Shown one piece after another: positions 8,797 to 18,622 of a stretch of 64,000 bases of DNA (within the stretch, counting starts at the first letter, position 1; each line of letters starts with the position of its first letter). Below the pieces are notes generated by a model. The model worked only from the letters and a program-made list of their open reading frames with translations. It did not search any database and was not told the origin of the DNA. This DNA comes from an uncultured delta proteobacterium. Lineage in GTDB: Bacteria > Myxococcota_A > Polyangia > Fen-1088. A program made the translations under genes and the position numbers. Location of the stretch: assembly GCA_963737265.1 (NCBI GenBank), contig CAVTRY010000012.1:64001-128000 (forward strand), written 5' to 3'.

Positions 8797-10716
8797 TCAG
8801 AAACGCCCCGATAGCCCGACCATGCCTCCCGAGGGTGTGGGCGCGATCCCGACCTGCACGCCGAGACCCGGATCCGAGCGGTACAGCTTGAGCAGACGTT
8901 CGGTCGGGTTCTCGACCAAAGAGCGCAAGGCAAATCCTCCGGCAACAAGCAAGCCTGAGAGCCCATACAGCGCGGCAGCGCCCGAAGGCTGTAGCTTGGG
9001 AGGGCCGAACCACGAAGGCTTGGCCAGCCCCAGGGTCGTCAGGGTGATGCCACCGGCTCCCAGAACTTCAAAGTACCAGAATCCGTAATTTCGCATCATT
9101 CGATCACGGCGGGCGATCTCTTCAAGTGCCTCTTCTGTCTTTGCGAATGCCACGGGCTTGTTCCGCGCCGAGGCCACCTCCGACTTGAAAACTTCGAGGG
9201 CGACCTCGCCCGACGTCGGGATGAGTAACCGGGCCACGCCTCCACCGAAAATTGCCGCCCCCAGGCTGGCCAGGGCAATGGAGCCACCCCGGCTACCGCC
9301 TGTTCCATAACGAGGCGTATCGGCGTAAGAAGCGACGGCCGTGGCCGCGAGAATTCCGCCCACCCCGAGAAGGATGCCGCCGCCAAACCTGCGATTCTGG
9401 CGATCACTGTCGGCCATGGCAGCGATGTAGTTCTGCATGCGCAGGACATCGGTATCGCTCACGCCATAGACAGCCCCGGTCTCGGACACATTCGCGGCCA
9501 TGAACTTCGCATAAGCGGCAGGGCCATAAGGCAATGCGAAGATGGAGCCGAACAGTCGGTCGCCCCGCGCCGCCAGAGAAGGTTCGGCGGCAGTCAGCCC
9601 GGCAAGACGAATCTCGCCATCACCCACTGGCGCGTCGCGCTCGATGACGAGCGGCCGGCCGGCGTCTTTCGCGGTTTGTTTCTCGACGTAGATCGAGACT
9701 GCCTGGGCCTCGGGCCCGGGCAGCACCACGGTCATCGGCTCCTGGTCTTTGTGAAGGTCGAGCAGGCGCTCGCCGCGATCGCTTTTCACCCACAGGCGCG
9801 CCGGTCCGTCGCCTAGGACCAAGCGCCGGCCCTTGGCTTTGCTCGGCCGGAAGAGCGGCGACGTGGATTCGCCGTTGGGACCGCGGAAGTAGATGTGCGG
9901 TCGTAGGTTGTCGCGCGTGATGCGCTGATTGGCCTGATCGACGAAACCGGCCGCTTCGGCGTAGCTGACGCTGCCGTCGCCGTCCACATCGGCGGCGCCC
10001 GACAGACCCGAGCGCAGCTCGTGGCTGAAGACGCCCGACTCGAGCTCTGACCATTCGAACACCTCGGCGTCGCTGTTGGTGGACAGGAACAGGCCGACCT
10101 CGGGGTGGCGTTTGGAAAACCCCAGCGCCATGTCCTTGGGCGTGGCCCAGCGGCGCCCACCCGGTTTTCGCGGATTGAGCACGAAAAAGGAATCGCAGCT
10201 ATCGAGCAAGACGTGCTTGGTGTCGGCGGGGATGGTCTCGATGATGGCGCGTTCGAGAAACTGTCCGTCGACGCGGCCGTCTTCGAGGTCGATGGTTCCG
10301 CGCCCCCGTTCTACGTCGCCATGGCCGGCGTAGACAAAGTAGAACGCGGTTTTGGAGCCAGCCTTGCGGGCCGATTGCACGGCGGCGGCGATGCGCCGGG
10401 CGGCCGACTCGACAGCTGCTGTCGTCGGTGCCCTGGCCACGTCCAGCAGCTCGGGGTAGGCGGCGGCGCTGGCCCGATCGAATGTCGTGAGCAGAACAAC
10501 GTTGTCGGCATCGGCCACCGAGCGGAACAGGCGATAGTAGCGCGCGCCATCGTCGTCGGCGTATTGCAAGTCGGGCATGCTCAGCGACGAGCTGCGGTTG
10601 TTCGTCACCACCAGTGCGAAGGTTCGCGTCTCCTCGGCCGCGGCCACCGGCGCCGACGGAATCAGAACCAGAATCAGTGCCGCCAATACCGTCAGAGATG
10701 TCAGCGCGCGTTCCAT
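8797..10716 (-). CDS. Secreted caspase-family (C14-like) peptidase with C-terminal hydrophobic helices
   Basis: Signal peptide; FALVV...LQYADDD, YAGHG (His), LDSC (Cys), ADVDGDGSVS loop; C-terminus GGMVGLSGRF. Confidence 0.85.
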   Translation of the reverse strand: MERALTSLTVLAALILVLIPSAPVAAAEETRTFALVVTNNRSSSLSMPDLQYADDDGARYYRLFRSVADADNVVLLTTFDRASAAAYPELLDVARAPTTAAVESAARRIAAAVQSARKAGSKTAFYFVYAGHGDVERGRGTIDLEDGRVDGQFLERAIIETIPADTKHVLLDSCDSFFVLNPRKPGGRRWATPKDMALGFSKRHPEVGLFLSTNSDAEVFEWSELESGVFSHELRSGLSGAADVDGDGSVSYAEAAGFVDQANQRITRDNLRPHIYFRGPNGESTSPLFRPSKAKGRRLVLGDGPARLWVKSDRGERLLDLHKDQEPMTVVLPGPEAQAVSIYVEKQTAKDAGRPLVIERDAPVGDGEIRLAGLTAAEPSLAARGDRLFGSIFALPYGPAAYAKFMAANVSETGAVYGVSDTDVLRMQNYIAAMADSDRQNRRFGGGILLGVGGILAATAVASYADTPRYGTGGSRGGSIALASLGAAIFGGGVARLLIPTSGEVALEVFKSEVASARNKPVAFAKTEEALEEIARRDRMMRNYGFWYFEVLGAGGITLTTLGLAKPSWFGPPKLQPSGAAALYGLSGLLVAGGFALRSLVENPTERLLKLYRSDPGLGVQVGIAPTPSGGMVGLSGRF

Positions 10717-11522
10717 GAAGATCTCCATTCTCGAATAAGGGGATGGGAAAAGGTGTTGGCCAGGGCGCGCACCGCCGGGAGACCGGACGAGGCCTCGCGC
10801 AACGCGGCTTCCACTTGCTTGACCGAAACCGGCGCGCTGGTGAGCAACGCGACTACTTGCAACGGGCCACGCGCGGGACGGTCGGGCTCGACGACCTGGG
10901 GAAGCAGCGTCTCTTGCTGGGTGGCGGGCAGAAGAACCGATCGAGGATCGGTGGTGGCGTCGGCGTACTCGGGGTAAATCCAATGCACGGTCCCGGCCGC
11001 ATCCATCGCGAACGCGGCCAAGTAATACCGCGCCTGCCCGGGATTCACGAAGCGAACCGCGAAGGCGTCTCCAGGCGACAGCGGCTGGCTGTCGACTGGC
11101 CTGAGTTGCCCGTCGTGCACGACCAGGATCTCGGTCGTGGGCTGGTCGGACCGCACCTCGTGGCGCCCGCCACGAGCAGTCCAGGTGTCTTCGTGCCCGT
11201 GCCGATACCGATGTCCGACCTCGATGCCGGCGCCGAGCAGAAATACGGCAGCGGCGGCTATCCATGCCAGGCGAACCACACGCGGGCCGTGGGTCGAGTT
11301 GGCGACCACCGTGGCTCCGCGGTTCGCCATGACCCGCGCGACAAACGATTCGCTTTCGCCGTCACGCGGCCGCTCAAGATCCGTCACCAGTTGGCGAAGC
11401 TCGTCGCGGCGCCCGGCACAGCCAGCGCACTCGGCAAGGTGCCGTTCGATGTGGCCGGCTTGGTTGAGCGTGACCTCGCCGAGCTCGGCCTGGATCAATA
11501 GCCTTTCGCCGAGGCAAGTCAT
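10701..11522 (-). CDS. ZAS (zf-HC2) anti-sigma factor with TM and extracytoplasmic DUF4384-like domain
   Basis: HLAECAGC (HxxxCxxC), TM helix, ARGG, GTVHWIYP; ATGA-coupled to the sigma gene. Confidence 0.8.
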   Translation of the reverse strand: MTCLGERLLIQAELGEVTLNQAGHIERHLAECAGCAGRRDELRQLVTDLERPRDGESESFVARVMANRGATVVANSTHGPRVVRLAWIAAAAVFLLGAGIEVGHRYRHGHEDTWTARGGRHEVRSDQPTTEILVVHDGQLRPVDSQPLSPGDAFAVRFVNPGQARYYLAAFAMDAAGTVHWIYPEYADATTDPRSVLLPATQQETLLPQVVEPDRPARGPLQVVALLTSAPVSVKQVEAALREASSGLPAVRALANTFSHPLIREWRSSWNAR

Positions 11523-12118
11523 CGTGAAGCGTCCTTTCCGAAGATTTGGCGCAGGCGCAAGATGCCGTGAAATACGCGCGAGCGCACCGTCGATTGCGAG
11601 CGGTCGAGCACCCGGGCCATTTCGTCGTAGTCGAGTCCGGCGGAGTAGCGCAAGAGGAGTGCTTCGCGCAGCTTGGCCGGCAATAGCGCGAGTTTTTGCT
11701 GTACCCGTCGCGCGCGATCGCGTTCCAGGATCGCCTCCAGCTCGGTGCCGGGTTGCACGAGCTCGGCGCTCAGATCCTCCTCGTCGCGTCTGCATCGAAC
11801 CGCGTTCAGGCAGCGCGTCCGCGCGATAAGAAAAAGGTAGGAGCGAAATCGGCCGCGCGGTTCGTAGCGCGCACGCGAGCGCCACAGCTCGACAAACACC
11901 TCTTGCGCCACATCGTCGCCGGTCGCGCTACCGCCGCACGTGCATGCACAGAAGCCCCGCACTGCGCCCTGGTGGCGCCGCACCAGCACCGCGAAGGCGT
12001 CGTCCATGCCCGCAGCGCAAAGGCGCATGAGCTCGTCGTCGGTTCTGGCCGACAACGCCACCTCGGGTTTGGCAAACGGCACGAGGGTGCCGAGCTGGTG
12101 TTTGCTATCCGGCTTCAT
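11519..12118 (-). CDS. ECF sigma factor
   Basis: DDVAQEVF, FRSYLFLIAR, region 4 STVRSRVF. Confidence 0.95.
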   Translation of the reverse strand: MKPDSKHQLGTLVPFAKPEVALSARTDDELMRLCAAGMDDAFAVLVRRHQGAVRGFCACTCGGSATGDDVAQEVFVELWRSRARYEPRGRFRSYLFLIARTRCLNAVRCRRDEEDLSAELVQPGTELEAILERDRARRVQQKLALLPAKLREALLLRYSAGLDYDEMARVLDRSQSTVRSRVFHGILRLRQIFGKDASR

Positions 12119-12248
12119 CGTTCGATTGATCTAAGAACACGTGGCGGTCCGGACTTGTTGAAATCTTCTATCAACGCCACCTCTTGGCGGCGTGTTTTCC
12201 GTCCATGATGACTTTCACTAGGACGTTCATAGTCTCAAATGGGCACCG

Positions 12249-13278
12249 TTGGCTCTCATCTTCGTCGCAGCCTGCTCTGCGCCTGCAACAAGTGATGTCT
12301 CGGGTGATGCGCCGATTCCAGCGGCCTACCAAGCATTCGCCGCAGCCTTCGACCAGGAGCGACAGCAGCTCGGTATCCCCGGCGCGTCCGTCGCGCTCAT
12401 CCAAAATGGCACCGTCACCTTCGCCCACGGCTTCGGGACCAAGGGACCAAGCAGCAAAGAGCCGGTGGGTTCGAGCACGCTATTCCGCATCGGCTCGATG
12501 ACGAAGGCACTCACGGCGACGGCGCTGCTTGGCCTGGTTCAGTCGGGAAAAGTCAGTCTCGACACGACCCTGACGAGCGTCGTTCCCGACGTTGCGATAG
12601 GCGACGCCAGCGATCCGTCCACCTTGACGATCCGCCAACTCCTCACGCGCCAATCGGGACTCTACGATTACCTCGTCTGGGATGGCCCGACGGACGACTC
12701 GGCCCTGTCCCAGTTTCTCACCAGCCCAGCGTACGCGGCGAATGAGTATTTCATGGACCCTCCGGGTACCTTTTACAATTACGCAAACCCCGACTTTTAC
12801 CTGGCAGGTCTCGCGCTTGAGCGCGTAGGCGGCGTCCCGTATCGGCAAGCGCTGGCCGAGCCAGTGTTCGCGCCGCTCGGGATGACGCGCACGTTTTTCC
12901 TGCCTACCGAGGTCATCGCCGATGGCGACTTCGCCGACGGAAAGTCGACCATGTCGGACGGCACCCCCTAGGACGTGCGGCCAGACTCGTACAACAACGC
13001 CTGGGCCCGCCCGTGCGGCTACGCGTTCTCGAGCGTGGTGGACTACGCCAAGTTCGTACAGTTCCTCTACGCTGGGAACGCATCGGTACTGGCAGACAGC
13101 GAACACAGCGTACGACCACACATTGCAGCCGACCTCGATGGACAACTTCATCGTGACTGTGCAAGGCAGCCCGCTCCCACTCACCTTCATCGCCGATTCG
13201 ACTGGGGCCTACGTGTGGATCCGCACCCGGATCGCCGTGGTGAAACGGGTATTGAACAACGGGGGAACGGCCCCCTAG
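12249..13278 (+). pseudogene. Serine hydrolase (beta-lactamase family), disrupted
   Basis: FRIGSMTK (SxxK) and YAN motifs; internal TAG at 12969; 444-bp deletion relative to the copy at 26575. Confidence 0.85.
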
Positions 13279-13690
13279 GTTCGTCGAGTGCGACGGCGAA
13301 GGAAGGCCAGAACGCCGAGGGAAAGCAAACCAAGGATCGCCGATCGCCGGTCTGAAACACCCGCGCCGACGGCGAAGGAACAAGCCAGGGGCTCGCGAGA
13401 ATAGGCTGAAGAACTGTCCAAAAATTGGACAGTTCTTCAGCAGCCGAGCCAAGGGCTCGGCCGCAGGTGGGGTGAAGTCCGCGAATTTACTTCGCGGACG
13501 AGGGGAGGGCAGCGGCCCAGGCAGCGGCCCTCCCTTCAAAAATCTTCAAGACGGGTCCATTTATGGACACGTCTTGAGTTGTCGGCGTAGCTTCCTGACT
13601 GCATGTTGTTCTCCAGCGCCAGAACATTGCTGGCTTCGGTCGACAAGTCGGCGTCTTCGAGTGTGGCCGACTCCGATAGCAGCATGGTTC
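12998..13690 (+). repeat. Left copy of the long direct repeat (partner 26575-27543)
   Basis: Identical except one SNP, a 444-bp deletion at a GCGA microhomology and a 168-bp insertion. Confidence 0.95.
13410..13577 (+). mobile_element. 168-bp non-coding multi-hairpin mini-element (MITE/REPIN-like)
   Basis: Absent from the sister copy (empty site ATAGGCTGA|GTTGTC at 27422-27436); five hairpins; second copy at 2006-2104. Confidence 0.9.
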
Positions 13691-13693
13691 TCC

Positions 13694-13820
13694 CTAGAGG
13701 CGGCCGGCTACAAGGTGCTGGTCGCCGCTGCCGGCGACGAGGCGCTGCGGATCGCAGCGGAGCACGCTGGTGACATCCATCTCCTTCTCACTGACATGGT
13801 CATGCCGAGGATGAGCGGCA
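13694..13820 (+). pseudogene. Receiver-domain fragment
   Basis: [11 protein letters not shown]...[15 protein letters not shown]. Confidence 0.7.
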
Positions 13821-15425
13821 GAGCACCCGATGCCGATTCTTGGCGCCAGAAGTCCCAGGCGCCCTCGAAGAAAGGCAAGTAGCAGACACGGACCGGCGGC
13901 TCTCCTCGCGCACCTCGCGAGCCGCGCGCGAACGCCGCCCTGGCCGCCGGCGCTAACGTATTTCTGCCCCAAGAGCCGCCACCGCCGCAGCCTGGTCGCC
14001 GCCGTGGCCGCCTGCCTCAACCAGCGCGACAGCGAACCGGCCCCGGACGAAACCGGACGAAGGCGCGGGGCGCTGAGGGCGTGCTCAAGCAACTTCCGTG
14101 ACCCGCTGACCGACATCCTCCTTCGTGGAGGCAGCAGCATGCGCAAAACCTGCGACCGGCTACAGCTATGCCCGCCGGGAGCCTGAGAAGACCGCGCTCT
14201 TCCAGGTGCTCCAGCAACACCTTCTGACCTTCGAGCAAGAGTGGACCGACAAGTCCGACGGCCGCACGCTGCCCAGCTTCGTGACCGACGAGCTGCACGA
14301 CTTCCTAGGCTGTGGCATCCTCGCGCGGGGCTTCGCGCAACTTTTGTGTAAGACCTGCCACCAGCGGTATGCGGTGGCCTGGAGCTGCAAAGGTCGCGGC
14401 TTCTGTCCGAGCTGCGGCGGCAGACGCATGAACGCGGGCGCGTTGACTCTGGTCGACCACGTGCTGCCCGAAGTGCCTATCCGACAATTCGCGACGGGCG
14501 CGGCGAAGCCGCGTGGGGCAGGGGCAGGGCGGGCAGGCCCTAGTTACGCTGCCCTTCTCGCTGAGATTTCCGTTGGCCTTCGATGGGCAATTACTCGGCC
14601 AAGTCCTGCGCATCTCCATCGACACCGTAGCGTCGAGCTATCGCAAGCGCCTGGCAGATCGGGGGATTGCCGACGGCGAGTGTGGCGCCGTCACGGTCGT
14701 CCAGCGCGCCAACAGCGACCTGCGTCTCTCACCGCATTTTCATGTCCTCCAGCTCGATGGCGCGTACGCCCCTGGCCGCGACGGCGGTTCCCCCATCTTC
14801 CACCCGGCGCCGGAACTTACCCAAGAGGACGTCCTTGCCATCGTCGCGCGCGCCAGCAAACGCATCCTCCGCTTCCTAAAGCGTCGCGGGGTTATCACCC
14901 TCGTCACCGCGCCCGGCGAGGGCACGCGCGAAGCGCGTGGGGTGGGTAGGTGGAGGGGTAGGTCCCGAAGTCCCCGAAGGGGGAGACGGTGAGGTCACCG
15001 TCGTCACCGACGAAAACCATCGCCGAGAAAGATCCTCTCCTGGCCCGCTTGATGGCCGCAGCCACCGCTGGCACCTCGCCCGCCGGCCCCGCGCACAAGC
15101 GCGCTCCCGTGCGCATCGTGTTGTTGTCGTGGCGGCCGGCCGGTCTCGGTTTCGGGTGCGGGATTTGATCGATCTCACCGCACTGGTGGGGAGGCTTCGC
15201 AGGTGAGAGCGACGCGCGTAGCGGCGGAAGTGTGTAAGGCCATTTTTGCCGTCTGTGTAATTGTGATTATGCCGTCCTGTGGTCAGGGTGGCACTTCAAA
15301 TGGCACGATGAGTGCACATTTCAGCGTCTGCATCCACTGCCCTGCCTGGCGATTTTGGGTTGACATCTCTACTTGCGACGGCGTTAATAGAGTTACACCA
15401 CCTTCCAGCCACCCTGGAGACGCCC

Positions 15426-15893
15426 ATGAGCAAAGCCAAGCCCTCCGACCCCAAGCTCGCAGCCCTGCGACAACACGGCTGCCTCAATCCCCATCCGGAC
15501 AAGGTCGCCGATCCGATCTTCGCCTCCTCCGACTTCTTCGACCCCCGCGATCTGGTCCAGGTCAAGTACGAGATGGTGCGGCGTGTGCGCGTGGACGGAC
15601 AGCCTGTCAGCCACAGCGCCGCCGCGTACGGATTCTCACGTCCCGCGTTCTATCAAGCGCAAACCGTTCTCGACCGCGGCGGCCTGGCGGCTCTGGTGCC
15701 GAGAAAGCCAGGACCGCGACGGTCGCACAAGCTGAGCACGGACGTGATGGAGTTTCTACAGCGAGAGCGGTCCACGGATTCGTCGCTGCGCCCGCCGGAC
15801 TTGGCACGCCTGGTTCTGGAGCGTTTCGGCCGCAAGGTTCATCCTCGCAGCGTCGAACGGGCGCTCACACGACAGGAAAAAAAACGGCGGTGA
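15426..15893 (+). CDS. HTH protein of the serine-recombinase element
   Basis: FFDPRDLVQVKYEMVRRV...FSRPAFYQ...GPRRSHKL. Confidence 0.8.
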   Translation: MSKAKPSDPKLAALRQHGCLNPHPDKVADPIFASSDFFDPRDLVQVKYEMVRRVRVDGQPVSHSAAAYGFSRPAFYQAQTVLDRGGLAALVPRKPGPRRSHKLSTDVMEFLQRERSTDSSLRPPDLARLVLERFGRKVHPRSVERALTRQEKKRR

Positions 15894-15996
15894 TCGTTTC
15901 GCCCGCGGCAACGGGTGGCAGCGACACCGCCATCGCGGAGTACGAAGAGTTGCGCTGTCGCGTTACCTTGGCAGCAGGACGAAGGGAGATGACGAC

Positions 15997-18258
15997 ATGA
16001 ACTCCGAAGGACATCAGAAAGTCACCACCAGCCACCTCAAGCGGGATGCCTATCTGTACGTCAGGCAGTCGACGGTCCGGCAGGTCATTGAGAATACCGA
16101 GAGCACGCAGCGGCAGTATGCTCTCCGCCAGCGTGCCGTTGCTTTGGGCTGGCCAAACGATCGGATCATCGTCATCGACACAGATCTCGGCCAGTCAGGA
16201 GCTTCCGCGGTCGACCGCGTGGGTTTCCAGAAGCTCGTGGCCGAGGTCGGGATGGGGCCAGGGCCAACGCATCTAAATTGTAAGTGATCTTGCGGAGATG
16301 CCGATAGTTATGCCCGGTCTCCGCGCCCGTGCGCGCTGCCGAACCTGCCTGCACACCGGCGCGCGCACCGACCCCAGGGGAAAACCTTCCAGAAATGGCC
16401 GAGACTCTGATGGATCCTGCGTCGATGTAGGATGATGCGATGGCCCTGGGGATGGGGCACGCCGGTATCGTGCTTGGCTTGGAGGTCTCTCGACTGGCGC
16501 GCAATTCCACTGACTGGCACCGATTGCTCGAAGATCTGCGCACTGACCGACACCTTGATTCTCGACGAGGATGGCATCTACGACCCCGCGCACTTCAACG
16601 ACCGGCTGTTGCTCGGGCTCAAGGGAACGATGAGTGAAGCCGAGTTGCACGTCTTGCGAGCTCGCCTGCGCGGCGGCACCATCAACAAGGCGCGCCGGGG
16701 CGAATTGCATTGTCGCCTACCTGTTGGCTTCGTCTACGACGGTGGCGGGCGCGTCGTCCTTGATCCGGACAAGCAAGTGCAAGAGAGCGTGCGATTGCTG
16801 TTCGCGACTTTCGCACGAACAGGGGCAGCGCATGCCACGCTCAAGTACTTCCGACAAGAGAAGCTGCTATTCCCCACACGTCTGGGTGCCGGGGCGAGCA
16901 AGGGTGAGCTGGCTTGGACGCCGCTCAGCCTGGCACGCACTGCCAGCATCCTGCACAACCCGTGGTATGCGGGCGCGTACGCATTCGGTAGAAACCGCTG
17001 GCGAAAAAGACCGGACGGAAGCAACTCCTGCCGACGAGAACGCTTACCGCGCGCCGAGTGGCTTGCTCTGCTTCGGGATGCCCACCCCGCGTACATCTCG
17101 TGGGAAGAGTACGAGCGCATCGACCAGCGCTTGCAGGCCAGTGCCAAGTCCCTCGGCTGGGAGCGAGGCCGGGAATCTCCTCGTGAGGGTCCAGCCCTGT
17201 TGCAAGGACGCACGATCTGCGGACTCTGCGGCTGCCGAATGGGCGTTCACTACAACACTCGACGCTCAGGTCAGCTCATTCCCAACTATGTGTGCTCCGG
17301 ACACGGCCGTCTCCTTGGCGACGGCTCATGCCAGAGCATTCTGGGAACGGAAATCGACGCAGCCGTCAGCAAGTTGCTGGTCGAGGCCGTGACACCGATG
17401 GCGCTCGAAATGACCCTCGCCATCCAGCAGGAGATCGCGGCCCGCCTCGACGAGGCCGATCGGCTGCGCCACCGCCAAGTCGAGCGAGCCCAGTACGAGG
17501 CTGACCACGCCCGCCGTCGCTACATGCAGGTGGATGGCGCCAACCGGTTGGTCGCAGATTCACTGGAAGCAGAGTGGAACGCCAAGCTGCGTGCGCTTTC
17601 CAAGGCCCAGGAGGAATACCTGCGCCAGCACGAGGCCGACCGACTCGCCGTCGGCAAGGATGAACGCCAGCGCATCCTCGCTCTCGTCACGGATTTCCCC
17701 GCCGTCTGGCGTGACCCCAATACGCCCCAGCGCGAGCGCAAGCGCATGCTCGCGCTTCTGATCGAAGACATCACCCTGATCAAGCGGCGCGAAATCACCG
17801 TGAAGATCCGCTTCCGCGGCGGTGCAACCACTACCTTGACACTGCCTCGTCCACTCACGCCCCAGCAACTGCGTGCCACACATCCCGAAGTCCGTCAGCA
17901 GATCGACGCCCTCCTCGACGAGTACACCAACGCTCAGGTCGCCAACCAACTCAACAAGCAACAGATGCGCACCGGCACTGGCGAGTCCTTCGATGCCGTG
18001 AGCGTCCAGTGGGTACGCTTCTCGGCCAAGCTCAAGAGTCTCAAGGAACGACTCATCGAAGCTGGCTGGCTGACAAGTAAGCAGGTCGCTGCCCTGCTCG
18101 GCGTCAGCCTTTCGACCGTCAGTAGTTTGCGCAACAACGGGCGCCTCAAGGGACGTATATGCAGCGACAAAGGCGAGTGGCTATACTGGCCATCCGACAT
18201 CCCCACAAGTCCTTCACCAACACCAACTGTTACATCCACTGCGAGAGGTGCAATATGA
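15997..18258 (+). pseudogene. Large serine recombinase (resolvase + recombinase + Zn ribbon + HTH), interrupted
   Basis: AYLYVRQST, DLGQSG, EVSRLARN, CGLCG; 190-bp MITE at 16259-16448 and a frameshift near 16532. Confidence 0.9.
16259..16448 (+). mobile_element. ISAs1-derived MITE, 190 bp
   Basis: Ends CAGGGCCAACGCATCTAAAT / GATGATGCGATGGCCCTG match the ISAs1 at 711; 10-bp TSD GGGATGGGGC at 16249-16258 and 16449-16458. Confidence 0.95.
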
Positions 18259-18599
18259 AAAGCGATCCTTCGAGATCGACACCGTCTGCCCTCGCTGCAA
18301 AACCCCGCTGCGCCTCATCGCCATGATCGAGACCGAGGACACCATCAAGAAGATTCTCTCTGCCATGGGCTTGCCCACCGAGCCGCCCAACCTCTGGCTC
18401 GCACGGCCGCCACCCTCGCAATCTGGTGGCGAGGGCCGAGACTGGTTGAACTGACGGCACCTCGACAAGGTCGGGATGGAGTAGACCGCCCTGCGTGCTC
18501 GAGAAAGACCCCGTCAGGCCCCCAAAACCCGGCCAGGTGCGCTGCGCCAACGTGATCGGGGCCGACATGCTGCTGTCCGGCAGGGTTCTCCAACGCTCA

Positions 18600-18622
18600 A
18601 AATACCGCTTCGAATCGCCTAT
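18600..18622 (+). mobile_element. Putative oriIS end of the IS91-like element
   Basis: CCGCTTCGAATCGCCTAT resembles ISCR oriIS (GCGTTTGAACTTCCTAT) and coincides with the truncation of istA. Confidence 0.5.

Larger units (their letters stand above)
14125..18453 (+). pseudogene. IS91-like rolling-circle transposase, fragmented (14125-15120 and about 18259-18453)
   Basis: Zn-binding CGILARGF...SCKGRGFCPSCGGRRM, HUH motif SPHFH, C-terminal KRSFEID.CPRC...LGLP-type tail; two short inserts, an internal deletion and the recombinase element interrupt it. Confidence 0.85.

Noticed and set aside
13407-13440. Left hairpin of the mini-element as an IS3 terminal repeat (resembles TGAAG...CCAAAAAT.GGAC)
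   Set aside because: The other end is not an inverted copy ending in CA, so IS3-type mobilisation is not supported.
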